Made by a program: the position numbers and the translations under genes
In this document: positions 1-7,762 of the stretch, one piece after another
Position numbering within the stretch: position 1 is the stretch's first letter
How the letters are laid out: each line of letters begins with the position of its first letter
Source of the DNA: an uncultured delta proteobacterium
GTDB taxonomy: Bacteria > Desulfobacterota > Binatia > UBA9968
DNA: 11,958 nt
Reading direction: 5' to 3'
NCBI GenBank assembly: GCA_963840855.1
Contig: CAWJBB010000078.1
Location: forward strand, 1 to 11,958
The notes under the pieces: generated by a model
What the model saw: only the letters and a program-made list of their open reading frames with translations
Told to the model about the DNA's origin: nothing
Database searches by the model: none

Positions 1-949
1 GATCTTCATTCGCTCTTCGTCCGTCAGCCAATCGATGGACTTGAAGATCGGCACCAGGTCTTCGAAATTGCGCCCGGTCTTGGGGTCGATGGCGTTCACC
101 GCGCCGAACATCTCGGTGGCGAACAGCACGTTGTCGGCGCCGATCCGCTTGATCAACAGCTCCATCGATTCCTTGTCATAGATCGCCATGTCCCAGTAAA
201 CCCAGCGCGCCGCCTCTTCGAAGGGTTCGAGGCCTTCCCGCACGTGCAAGCCGCGCTGGCGATTCCATTGATAGGGGATCGCGCCGCCGCCATGCGGAAT
301 AATGACCTTTAACTTCGGGAAAATCTTTAAAGACGCGCGACTTCAGGATCTCCACCGCCGCCGAATTGTGATGCGCGATGTAATAGGCATTGGTAAGATG
401 CATCGCCGGGTTGAGCGAGGCGCTGGCGTGGATGGTGCACGGGACATCGAGAGCGACCATTTTTTCCCACAGCGGATACCACCACTCGCTGCCCACCGAA
501 GGCGTCAGAGGCTCGCGCCCGCCAGCCACGTCAGGATTGACGTTGCAGCCAACGAAGCCCAAATCCTTGACGCAGCGGTCAAGCTCGTCGGCCCATTCTT
601 TGGGGCTGACGCCGGGAGACTGAGGCAATTGACACACCGGCGAGATTTTATCGGGCCAGAGTTTGGCCACCCGCGCTATAAGATCGTTGCACGCTTCAGA
701 CCAGTAACGGCTAACCAGCGGTGAGCCAAAATGATGTCCCATCGCCCCGGCCTGGGGCGAAAACAAAAGCCGGTCGATGCCCGACTCCTGCATACGCTTG
801 AACTGGCCCGCCATGGACCGCGCCAAGTCTTCATCGCTAATTTGCAGTTTGGCGCGCACCGGCTTGGCGAGATTGGTGATCTGCTGGCCCCTGTAGGCCT
901 GAAGCTGCGCCGGCGCAGTCGTGAAATGAGTATGGGCATCGATAATCAT
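1..949 (-). CDS. Amidohydrolase_2 family protein, LigJ (4-oxalomesaconate hydratase)-like; one extra base near 317-323; 3' end beyond window start
   Basis: N-terminal MIIDAHTHFTTAP (HxH metal motif), CQLPQSPGV, GFVGCNVNPD, WYPLWEKMVALDVPCTIH. Removing one base in the GGG/AAAA run at 317-323 continues as FPKLKVIIPHGGGAIPYQWNRQRG...DNVLFATEMFGAVNAIDPKTGRNFED..., open to position 1 and resembling the LigJ C-terminus (IPHGGG, NVLFASEMIGAV). Confidence 0.85.
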
Positions 950-1177
950 GGCGGTATCTCCTATTTGTTATTTACTATCTCAGCACGAAAGACGAAGGAT
1001 ACGAAAGTTTCGGATACTCTGGTTTTTAAACTCCGTCATCTTCAAATCTTCGCCGTGAACTCCGAAGCTCAAACTCTAGACCCGGGACCCTGGACCCAAA
1101 ACAAATCTGCCACTGATTGTCAGCCCCGAGACCTCTGCTATACCAGTCTTCGACGGAGTGTTCAAAAACTCTGCCCC

Positions 1178-1323
1178 CCAGGCTGGTCAAAAAGGTTCAG
1201 ATGCGAGGCGCGCGAAGATTGACGAACGGAGGCGTACTCCTGTACGTTGATGTGAAGTCAGTCGAGCGCACCCTTCGACAATGCTCAGGGCAATCGGCAG
1301 GTGAGCCTTTTTCAACAGCCTGG
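1178..1323. mobile_element. 146-bp MITE-like element with 22-bp terminal inverted repeats
   Basis: Left end CCAGGCTGGTCAAAAAGGTTCA (1178-1199) vs reverse complement of 1302-1323 CCAGGCTGTTGAAAAAGGCTCA: 19/22 identical. Internal hairpin CGTAC-tcct-GTACG (1233-1246). No transposase. Confidence 0.7.
1271..1292 (+). repeat. 22-nt REP-like unit, copy 1 (CCCTTCGACAATGCTCAGGGCA)
   Basis: Identical to the copies at 3253-3274 (-) and 10415-10436 (+) except for the central 3 nt. Confidence 0.85.
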
Positions 1324-1340
1324 ACCGAAGGAGTTTATAT

Positions 1341-2204
1341 ATGCCAGACATACCCCGCCTGAACGGCGTAATCAAAGCCCTGGAGCAAGGTCAGACTCCC
1401 TTTGTAGCGTTTACCCCAGTCGATATCGAGAGCGCCGTTGCGATGGCCGGCTCCAAGCTCGATGGCGTTGCCTTCGAGATGGAACACGCGCCGCTGGATT
1501 TTCCGGGGCTACGGCAAGCGCTTCAATTTATGCTCGACCGCCACCAGATCGTCGAAGGCGCGACCCTGGCTCCCGCTGTCACGCCGATGGTGCGCATCCC
1601 GCCCAACGGGATCGAGATGAATAGCTGGATCGCCAAGCAGGTGTTGGATATTGGCGTGTTCGGTATTATCTTTCCTCATGTGAGCACGGTGGAAGAAGCC
1701 TGGAACGCGGTAGGCGCCTGCCGTTACCCTAGGCTAACCACGCAGCCACGTTATAACCCGCCCGGCATTCGCGGCGACGCTCCCGCGCGCGCGGCGCGCT
1801 ACTGGGGTCTGGCGCAACAGGAGTATTACCGCCGCGCCGACGTCTGGCCGCTGGATCCTCAGGGCGAAATCCTTGTCGTTATACAATGCGAGGAAACCCG
1901 AGCCATCGAAAACCTGCCGCGCATTCTCAAAGAGGTCCCCGGCATTGGGGTGGTACTGATCGGCGAAGGCGATTTGAGCCAGGAGCTGGGGCATCCGCGA
2001 GAATACGAACATCCGGTGGTGGCCGAAGCCATCAATAATATTTTAAGAATCTGCAAGGAGCACAACGTGCCCTGCGGCCATCCCCACCCCGACGCTAAAA
2101 ATATCGAACGGCTGGTTTCAAGCGGCTTCCGCTTCTTGATGCCCTCGTCGCCGCGCTCCTTCAGCGTACTGAATCAGGGCCGCAAGCTCGCGGGGAGGAG
2201 TTAG
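1341..2204 (+). CDS. HpcH/HpaI aldolase/citrate lyase family protein (287 aa)
   Basis: Motifs FEMEH, MVRIP, VLDIGVFGIIFPHV, IQCEE, IGEGDLS typical of class II pyruvate aldolases; GAAGGAG ribosome-binding site at 1327-1333. Confidence 0.85.
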   Translation: MPDIPRLNGVIKALEQGQTPFVAFTPVDIESAVAMAGSKLDGVAFEMEHAPLDFPGLRQALQFMLDRHQIVEGATLAPAVTPMVRIPPNGIEMNSWIAKQVLDIGVFGIIFPHVSTVEEAWNAVGACRYPRLTTQPRYNPPGIRGDAPARAARYWGLAQQEYYRRADVWPLDPQGEILVVIQCEETRAIENLPRILKEVPGIGVVLIGEGDLSQELGHPREYEHPVVAEAINNILRICKEHNVPCGHPHPDAKNIERLVSSGFRFLMPSSPRSFSVLNQGRKLAGRS

Positions 2205-2234
2205 GAATTATTGCATCCGTTGGGGTGTGTAGTC

Positions 2235-2501
2235 TCAGCCTCTCTGGCTATTGGCGCGTGACTGATGCTGAGCCTTCTCGTGCAGAAACTCTGGAGCGAA
2301 ATCGGCTCCGTTTTCCCACACCAACGTGCGAAACTCTGGATGAATAGAAAAGATGCGAAATTGGCGTGGGTCCAATAATGGCTCGAAAATCGGACCGTAA
2401 AGCTCGGGCTTGAAATCGATCTCCCCCTCGACACCGTCATCAAACCGAACCCAAACAATAAAGTCTCTGACGTATTTGGCGTTTACAAGTTCGTAATTCA
2501 G
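2235..2501 (-). CDS. DUF2442 domain protein (predicted TA antitoxin-type), 88 aa, CTG start; absent from ORF track
   Basis: Hand translation: (L/M)NYELVNAKYVRDFIVWVRFDDGVEGEIDFKPELYGPIFEPLLDPRQFRIFSIHPEFRTLVWENGADFAPEFLHEKAQHQSRANSQRG*. F-D-D-G, GPIFEPL and W.NGAD.APE.L are DUF2442 hallmarks. An in-frame TAG three codons upstream leaves CTG at 2501 as the only plausible start for the full domain. Confidence 0.8.
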   Translation of the reverse strand: MNYELVNAKYVRDFIVWVRFDDGVEGEIDFKPELYGPIFEPLLDPRQFRIFSIHPEFRTLVWENGADFAPEFLHEKAQHQSRANSQRG

Positions 2502-2502
2502 T

Positions 2503-2733
2503 TCACTCTAAGGGATGGTTGAATTCATCCACCGTCTTCTCTAGAAATTCCCTAAATTTGAGGGGGCCACCAACTTGGCTCGTGATAGCCATGATTAATA
2601 GATCGGGACCTTGCTCCTGGAACAGATCCACGCTTATGACTAACGCAGGCCGTTGTTTGGCCGAGGTTTGATCTGAAAACGGAAATGGAACTAGAAGAAT
2701 GTCGCCTCGTTTATAACTTATCGTAGGCGGCAT
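2503..2733 (-). pseudogene. PemK/MazF family toxin, C-terminally truncated (76 aa)
   Basis: MPPTISYKRGDILLVPFPFSDQTSAKQRPALVIS...LIMAITSQ is the PemK/MazF N-terminal half (RGD, PF.D, K.RP, ITS). It stops about 35-40 aa short of typical family length. The start overlaps the antitoxin 3' end. Confidence 0.8.
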
Positions 2734-2917
2734 CTTCGTCATTGTCCCAGATGCGGCTGAACGAGGTCTCTGAGAGTTGAGCGAATGCTTCAGTGATCAC
2801 TGCGGCATCATCATCGACCTCCGGAACCAGGACCCGTACCGGCGTATTTGCCGGTAAATCGACCGGTTCTTCCGGAACGATTACGCGGCCGTCGTAATGT
2901 GCCTTAATAGCTTTCAT
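2711..2917 (-). CDS. DUF104/AF2212-like antitoxin (68 aa)
   Basis: MKAIKAHYDGRVIVPEEPVDLPANTPVRVLV N-terminus and acidic WDNDEDAAYDKL C-terminus overlapping the mazF-like start. The likely start is ATG 2917 rather than the ORF-track 3031. Confidence 0.75.
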   Translation of the reverse strand: MKAIKAHYDGRVIVPEEPVDLPANTPVRVLVPEVDDDAAVITEAFAQLSETSFSRIWDNDEDAAYDKL

Positions 2918-2922
2918 AACAC

Positions 2923-2953
2923 GCAAAATACGCTTTTTTGCACGGCTCCGCAA
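2923..2953 (-). promoter_or_regulatory. Putative sigma70 promoter of the TA operon with overlapping inverted repeat (operator candidate)
   Basis: Minus strand TTGCGG (2953-2948), 17 nt, TATTTT (2930-2925), 7 nt, ATG. GCAAAA-N7-TTTTGC (2923-2941) overlaps the -10. Confidence 0.5.
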
Positions 2954-3179
2954 ATCATCTAAGCGGTATTGAAAATGCCAGTGTTGGGAAGAACCGTCTC
3001 GACAGTTGTTTCCACCCCCAAAGTGTTTCATCCGCTATAGATCGCCGACTCGGGCCGGATCTGAATCAACTCGATCACGTTGATCGAACGTGGTTCGCCC
3101 TCCAAACGCGGTTCCTTATCTCCCCTCCATCGCCTGAGCGGCGATCTTGAATGCGCTGTCGATGCATCAAACTTTTGCC

Positions 3180-3291
3180 AAATCCCCCTCCGTTCCCCTT
3201 TTTCAAAGGAGGAATGTTTTCGAGAGGGCGTTAACCCCTCTTTGGAAAAGCATGCCCTGAGCCTAGTCGAAGGGAGGGCAAGGGGAGATTT
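3180..3291. repeat. Palindromic intergenic element containing an inserted REP-like unit
   Basis: Ends AAATCCCCCT (3180-3189) and AGGGGAGATTT (3281-3291) are near-perfect inverted repeats. Internal hairpins CCCCTTTTTCAAAGGAGG and CCCTCTTT-GGA-AAAG|AGGG, the latter split by 3251-3274. Confidence 0.7.
3253..3274 (-). repeat. 22-nt REP-like unit, copy 2 (CCCTTCGACTAGGCTCAGGGCA on minus strand)
   Basis: Reverse complement matches copies 1 and 3 except for the central 3 nt. Confidence 0.85.
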
Positions 3292-3393
3292 TCGAACGGA
3301 ACGAGCCGAGAATTATGCAGCGAACTTCAGGCACACCATCAGCAATCCCTAGTAAAAATTGCGCTTGAATCGTTTAGGTGATATTTCACATGC

Positions 3394-5003
3394 ATGTCGA
3401 AATTCACTCAATTCTGCGACGACTATTTCAAGAAGTATTTCCAGCTCCACCCGACCGAAGCCATTTACTACGGCATCGAAGGCTACGATCACTTGCTCAA
3501 TGACTATTCCGACGAGAGTTATCATCGGAAAAGTCCTTCATCGAGGAATCGCGAAACACGCTGCGGGAAATTCCGACTTCCGATCTCGATCAAGACGAAG
3601 CCATCGACCATGCCTTGCTGGAAGGCAAACTGACGATCCAGAGCTACGAGCACGCCAAAGAAGACTACCGCCTAAAGTGGCCCGAAACCTATTCGCCCAT
3701 TGACGCGATTTATATCTTGACCGTCCGCGCCACCAATGATTTCCCGGCCAATCTATTGAGCCGCCTGGAACAAACCCCAGGGTTGCTTCAGCAAGGCATC
3801 GCCAATCTGAGCCGCAAGGAGGCCAATCCGCCGAAACTCTGGACCGAGATGGCCGTCGACGGCGCGAAAGGCAGCGTGAGCTTTCTCGATAACCTGCCGA
3901 ACCACCCAAAAGTGCAAGCCGAAGTAAAAGACGCCGGCGCGCTGCGAGCTGCGGTTGCGAAAGCCAAGAGCGCGATGAATGAATTTACGGCCTTTCTCGA
4001 AAGCGATCTCTTGCCGCGGAGCCACGGCGTTTATGCGGTGGGCGCCGAGCATTATAATTTGCTGCTCAAGAAAAAACATTTTTTGACACATGATGACCGA
4101 AGCCTGCTCTCTCTCGGAGAAGCCCTGTTCGAAAAAACCAAGAACGATCTCGCCGAGCTGGCGGAAGAGCTGGCCCCGGGCAAAGGCATCGAGGAGGTCG
4201 CCCGGCGCATCCAAGAGCACCATCCAGCCATCGATGAAGTTCTCGCTGTCTATCAAAAAGCCATGGAAGCGGCGCGGCACTTCGTCCGAGATAAAAAGCT
4301 CGTGTCATTTCCGCCTAAAGAGGAATTGCACGTCGTCTACACCCCGGAATTTCGCCGCCATGAGATTCCCTTCGCCGCGTATTTATCGCCTTCGCCGAAG
4401 GATCCCAACCAGGTCGGCTATTACTACGTCACTCCAGTTAGCGACGATGATTTGCTCCGCGAACACAATTGGGTAGGTCTAGAGAACACGTCCGTCCATG
4501 AGAGCTATCCAGGCCATCATCTCCAATTTTCCGTTGCAAATTCGATCCCTGCCGCTTCCACCTTGCCGCGCTTGATGAACGAATCGTCGGTGATTTACGA
4601 AGGCTGGGCGCTCTACTGCGAGCAGCTCATGCAAGAGCAGGGATTTTTAAAGAGCAAGGAGCACCGCTTCGTGATGCTCAAAGACCACCTCTGGCGCGCG
4701 CTGCGCATCATTATCGACGTCAAAACTCAGACCGGCGAGATGACCTACGACCAGGCGGCGGATCTAATGGTGCGCGAACTCCACTTTCCGCGCGCGCAAG
4801 CCCGCGGCGACTTGAACTGGTACAGTCAGTCGCCATCAGTCCCGATGGGCTACGCCCTCGGCTGGTCGATTATTAACCGATTGCGCGCACAAGAACGAAA
4901 GCGGCTGGGCGACAAATTCACTTTACGGGAATTCCACGACAAGCTACTTAGCGCAGGAAGCATCTCGCTACCGTTGGTAGAAAAACGGCACTTTCAGGCG
5001 TGA
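3394..5003 (+). CDS. DUF885 family protein (about 536 aa after restoring one missing base near 3526-3528)
   Basis: ORF 3394 (HPTEAIYYGIEGYDHLLNDYS) joins ORF 3615 through ...DESYH(x)EKSFIEESRNTLREIPTSDLDQDEAIDHALLEG. C-terminal DUF885 motifs VHESYPGHHLQ, YEGWALYCEQL, LWRALRIIIDV, LREFHDKLLSAGSISL. Confidence 0.85.
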
Positions 5004-5053
5004 GGCGGAAGGCGAGAGGCCGCGCTGATATCGTTCCAATCGTTCCAAACGTC

Positions 5054-5989
5054 ATGAAGACCAAGAAGAAAGACCCACGCGGCCCGTTATTGGGCGCCCA
5101 TATGTCCATCGCCGGTGGCGTCGGCAACGCGTTGCTCGATGGCAAAAAGGTCGACTGCGACGCGATTCAAATTTTCACGAAGTCTTCACGCCAGTGGGCG
5201 GCGAAACCTTACACCAAGGAAGAAATTGAACAGTTCAAGGTCAACCGAAAAGACACTGGGATTTCGACCGTCATTGCCCACGATTCCTACTTGTTAAACC
5301 TCGGATCGCCCGATACTGCTTTACGTAATCGATCGGTGGGCGCATTCATCGATGAATTGGAACGTTGCGAGACTCTCGGCGTTTCGAACCTTGTCGCGCA
5401 CCCCGGCGCCCATGTCGGCGCGGGTGAATTGGCGGGAATCAAGACCATCGCAAAATCGCTGGATGAAGTTCATACGGCTTGTCCCGGATATAATGTGAAA
5501 ATCACCTTGGAGATCACCGCCGGCCAGGGATCGAACCTCGGTTATCGCTTCGAGCAGATCCGTAGCATCATCGACGCCACGAAACAAAGTGAACGCCTGC
5601 GGGTTTGCTTCGATACGGAGCATGCTTTTGCCGCCGGCTACGATATCCGAACGAAGGACGGTTACGAGCGGACATTCACGGAATTCGACGCAGCTATCGG
5701 AATCAAGCTTCTCGCGGCATTTCATTTAAACGATTCGAAAAAGGACTTTAATTCTCGCGTCGACCGCCACGAGAATATCGGTAAGGGTTTCATCGGCGTA
5801 GAAGCGTTTCGGCTGCTCATGAACGACAAGCGTTTCTGGGGGTTGCCGATGTGTTTGGAGACTCCGAAAGGGCCGGATCTGAAAGAAGACCGCGAGAATC
5901 TGACCTTGCTACGCAGTCTGATCAATCCGGACAATCAACGACGAGGAAAAGAAGGCCAAAGAGTCGAGAGTAGCCCGGATGAAGCGTAG
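5054..5989 (+). CDS. nfo: Endonuclease IV (AP endonuclease family 2)
   Basis: LGAHMSIAGG, QIFTKSSRQW, AHDSYLLNLGS, HPGAH, LEITAGQGSNLG, CFDTEHAFAAGYD, HLNDSK, DRHENIGKG, LETP. Likely start is ATG 5054 (ORF track begins at 5000). Confidence 0.93.
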   Translation: MKTKKKDPRGPLLGAHMSIAGGVGNALLDGKKVDCDAIQIFTKSSRQWAAKPYTKEEIEQFKVNRKDTGISTVIAHDSYLLNLGSPDTALRNRSVGAFIDELERCETLGVSNLVAHPGAHVGAGELAGIKTIAKSLDEVHTACPGYNVKITLEITAGQGSNLGYRFEQIRSIIDATKQSERLRVCFDTEHAFAAGYDIRTKDGYERTFTEFDAAIGIKLLAAFHLNDSKKDFNSRVDRHENIGKGFIGVEAFRLLMNDKRFWGLPMCLETPKGPDLKEDRENLTLLRSLINPDNQRRGKEGQRVESSPDEA

Positions 5990-6069
5990 CATAATCCGGG
6001 ATCCACGGTTGACGACGTTCGACACGAGGGAACAAGATCCCGGATTACGTTTCACTCCATCCGGGCCAC
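5970..6069. repeat. GTAG-type REP doublet (REPIN-like): two inverted 34-nt units with a 32-nt spacer
   Basis: 5970-6003 GTAGCCCGGATGAAGCGTAGCATAATCCGGGATC vs reverse complement of 6036-6069 GTGGCCCGGATGGAGTGAAACGTAATCCGGGATC: 28/34 identical. Each unit is itself a CCCGGAT...ATCCGGG hairpin. Confidence 0.8.
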
Positions 6070-6191
6070 GTTAACTAGTCAAACCCTAGGGTGAGTTGGT
6101 GTTGCCGGGCGCAATAACTTGCGGCTCCTCCCTCGGTCAAACGGCTTGAACCATTTGAACTCCGGCGCACTAGTGCGCTGCATGGCTTATC

Positions 6192-6920
6192 CTACGCCGG
6201 AATCTCGATCCCCGGAAAAAAGTATTGCACCACAAGGCCGATGGCGTATCCGAGTGCCGCTGCGCCCACGGCAATGATGAAAAATTGCGCGCCGGAGCGA
6301 AACTGCGATTGCGCCGCAAGTTTTCCTTTGAAGGCGCCCACGCCGAAGAGCGTGAAGGCGGAAAGCGCGATGGAGAGGTATAACGCAATCATCCCTTTGA
6401 GCGCGAGGTACGGCAAAATCGGAATCAAGGCGCCGACGATAAACGACAGCCCCATGACTGCCGCGGCTTTGAGCGGCTGGTTGATTTCCGCCGATCCGAG
6501 GCCAAACACTTTTTCCTGAAACGTCCGTAAAAACGCGTGCTCCTGGTGCAGTAACTGTTTGACGATAGCGTAGCTCTGCTCGCGCGTGAGGCCTTCCTGG
6601 CTCAACGATTTTAGCAATCCTTCGGCCGCTATGTACGGTTCGTTCTCGGCCAGGATTTCCGCCTCGCGCAGTTCTCTGTCGAAAATATCCTTCTGCGCGT
6701 TTGACGAAAGATAGGATCCCGCGGCCATTGAAATCGCGCCGGAAAACATCGCAGTAAGACCAGTGATAATCACCACGGGATTGTTCTCGGTGGCGCCCTG
6801 AACACCTGCAAGCAGTCCAACGGTGCTTATCAAACCGTCCTGGATGCCGAAGACGAACTCGCGGATGCGCGCCCGTCTTTCGATCAGCTCTTTTTTTTGT
6901 TCGATAGCTTGGAGAGACAT
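6192..6920 (-). CDS. VIT1/CCC1 family transporter (Fe/Mn)
   Basis: IREFVFGIQDGLIST, SGAISMAAGSYLS, SFIVGALIPILPY motifs; multiple hydrophobic segments. Confidence 0.9.
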   Translation of the reverse strand: MSLQAIEQKKELIERRARIREFVFGIQDGLISTVGLLAGVQGATENNPVVIITGLTAMFSGAISMAAGSYLSSNAQKDIFDRELREAEILAENEPYIAAEGLLKSLSQEGLTREQSYAIVKQLLHQEHAFLRTFQEKVFGLGSAEINQPLKAAAVMGLSFIVGALIPILPYLALKGMIALYLSIALSAFTLFGVGAFKGKLAAQSQFRSGAQFFIIAVGAAALGYAIGLVVQYFFPGIEIPA

Positions 6921-6942
6921 GGTCCTGATTGATCAATAGATT

Positions 6943-7010
6943 CAGTTCAAAGTTCCGGGTTCAAGGTTCAAAGTTTAGAATCCGGATTTGACACCTTGAA
7001 CATTGAACTG
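6943..7010. repeat. Inverted array of GTTCAAR heptamers
   Basis: GTTCAAA GTTCCGG GTTCAAG GTTCAAA GTTTAGA (6945-6979), central palindrome AATCCGGATT (6979-6988), then inverted TTGAAC units. Outer CAGTTCAA pairs with TTGAACTG. Confidence 0.65.
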
Positions 7011-7085
7011 GATAAAGCACGGCACGCGCCTCGATTGACAATGTGTGAAGAGCTTCGCCGTCCCATGATTAATCGGAAATCGGCT

Positions 7086-7613
7086 TCAGTAACGTAACTT
7101 TAGGTCGCCGGTGGGTCCGCCCGGCTTCCAATCGGCGGGACAGAGTCGCTCGGTGCGGAGCGCTTTCAATACGCGCAGCGTTTCTTCAACGCTGCGGCCG
7201 ACATTCGTGTGGCTGGCGACCACGTAGGTGACCTGGCGTGCGGGGTTGATTATGAAAGTGGCGCGTATGCTGACTCCTTGCGTTTCGTCCAAGACGCCGT
7301 AAAGCCGGCTGACTGATTTTTGTTCGTCACTTAGAAGCGGGCAATCGACGCCGCCCAATTCCTCAGCCCATTTACGATGGCTCTCGGGGGAATCGACGCT
7401 GACACCGATAACTTCGGCTTGCTCGACGCGAAACTCCGAAGCCATCTTGCCAAACCCTGTCACTTCCGTGGGACAGACAAAAGTAAAATCGGCGGGATAG
7501 AAAAACAGTACAACCCATTTCCCATCTAGGCTCCGCAGCGAGTAATCCGCAATTGCTCCCGCCAAAACCCCTTTCAACGTGAAATCCGGTGCCTTTTCGC
7601 CAATCTGTAACAT
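7086..7613 (-). CDS. Peroxiredoxin (AhpC/TSA family, typical 2-Cys-like)
   Basis: FFYPADFTFVCPTE (peroxidatic Cys), RATFII, VGRSVEETLR, LCPADWKPG (resolving Cys); AGGAAGG ribosome-binding site upstream. Confidence 0.92.
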   Translation of the reverse strand: MLQIGEKAPDFTLKGVLAGAIADYSLRSLDGKWVVLFFYPADFTFVCPTEVTGFGKMASEFRVEQAEVIGVSVDSPESHRKWAEELGGVDCPLLSDEQKSVSRLYGVLDETQGVSIRATFIINPARQVTYVVASHTNVGRSVEETLRVLKALRTERLCPADWKPGGPTGDLKLRY

Positions 7614-7762
7614 GACTACGCCTTCCTAGTTATGCTTTCTAACGGTTGCTGAAAACGATCCTACGGTTCGTCATGACCAATCTGCTCAAAGACAATTGTG
7701 CTCGTGAAACGTGATCGTGAACGCCAGACGAACACGAAGGACGACAATCCCGCGGGCAATCA

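Noticed and set aside
317-323. Programmed ribosomal frameshifting in the amidohydrolase, DUF885 or asnS
   Set aside because: Mixed directions, no convincing stimulatory structure, and no precedent I know of for these genes; indel error is simpler.
2285-2340. Direct repeat GAAACTCTGGA (2285-2295, 2330-2340)
   Set aside because: Both copies encode PEF within the DUF2442 frame; coding coincidence.
2201-2458. 85-aa ORF on the minus strand
   Set aside because: Wrong-frame shadow of the DUF2442 gene; no recognisable motifs.
3030-3170. Possible gene remnant on the minus strand and the palindrome TCGATCA-CGT-TGATCGA (3071-3087)
   Set aside because: Short frames without recognisable motifs; a lone 7-bp stem is too weak to assign a function.
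3080-3352. ORFs spanning repeat elements (3080-3352, 10189-10515, 10199-10462, 1117-1362, 8916-9290)
   Set aside because: Peptides such as ALSLVEG and PFDFAQGRL are read-throughs of the REP/MITE sequences, not genes.
6165-6178. Perfect 14-bp palindrome GCGCACTAGTGCGC downstream of VIT1
   Set aside because: No U-tract and no second copy; cannot be supported as a terminator or operator.
6187-6936. 249-aa ORF and other long alternate or antisense ORFs (e.g. 7775-8449, 3753-4280, 9548-10057)
   Set aside because: They overlap well-supported genes and are typical shadow frames in GC-rich DNA.
6928-6937. ATTGATCAAT upstream of VIT1 as an FNR or Fur site
   Set aside because: Lacks the 4-nt spacer of an FNR box and does not match a Fur box.
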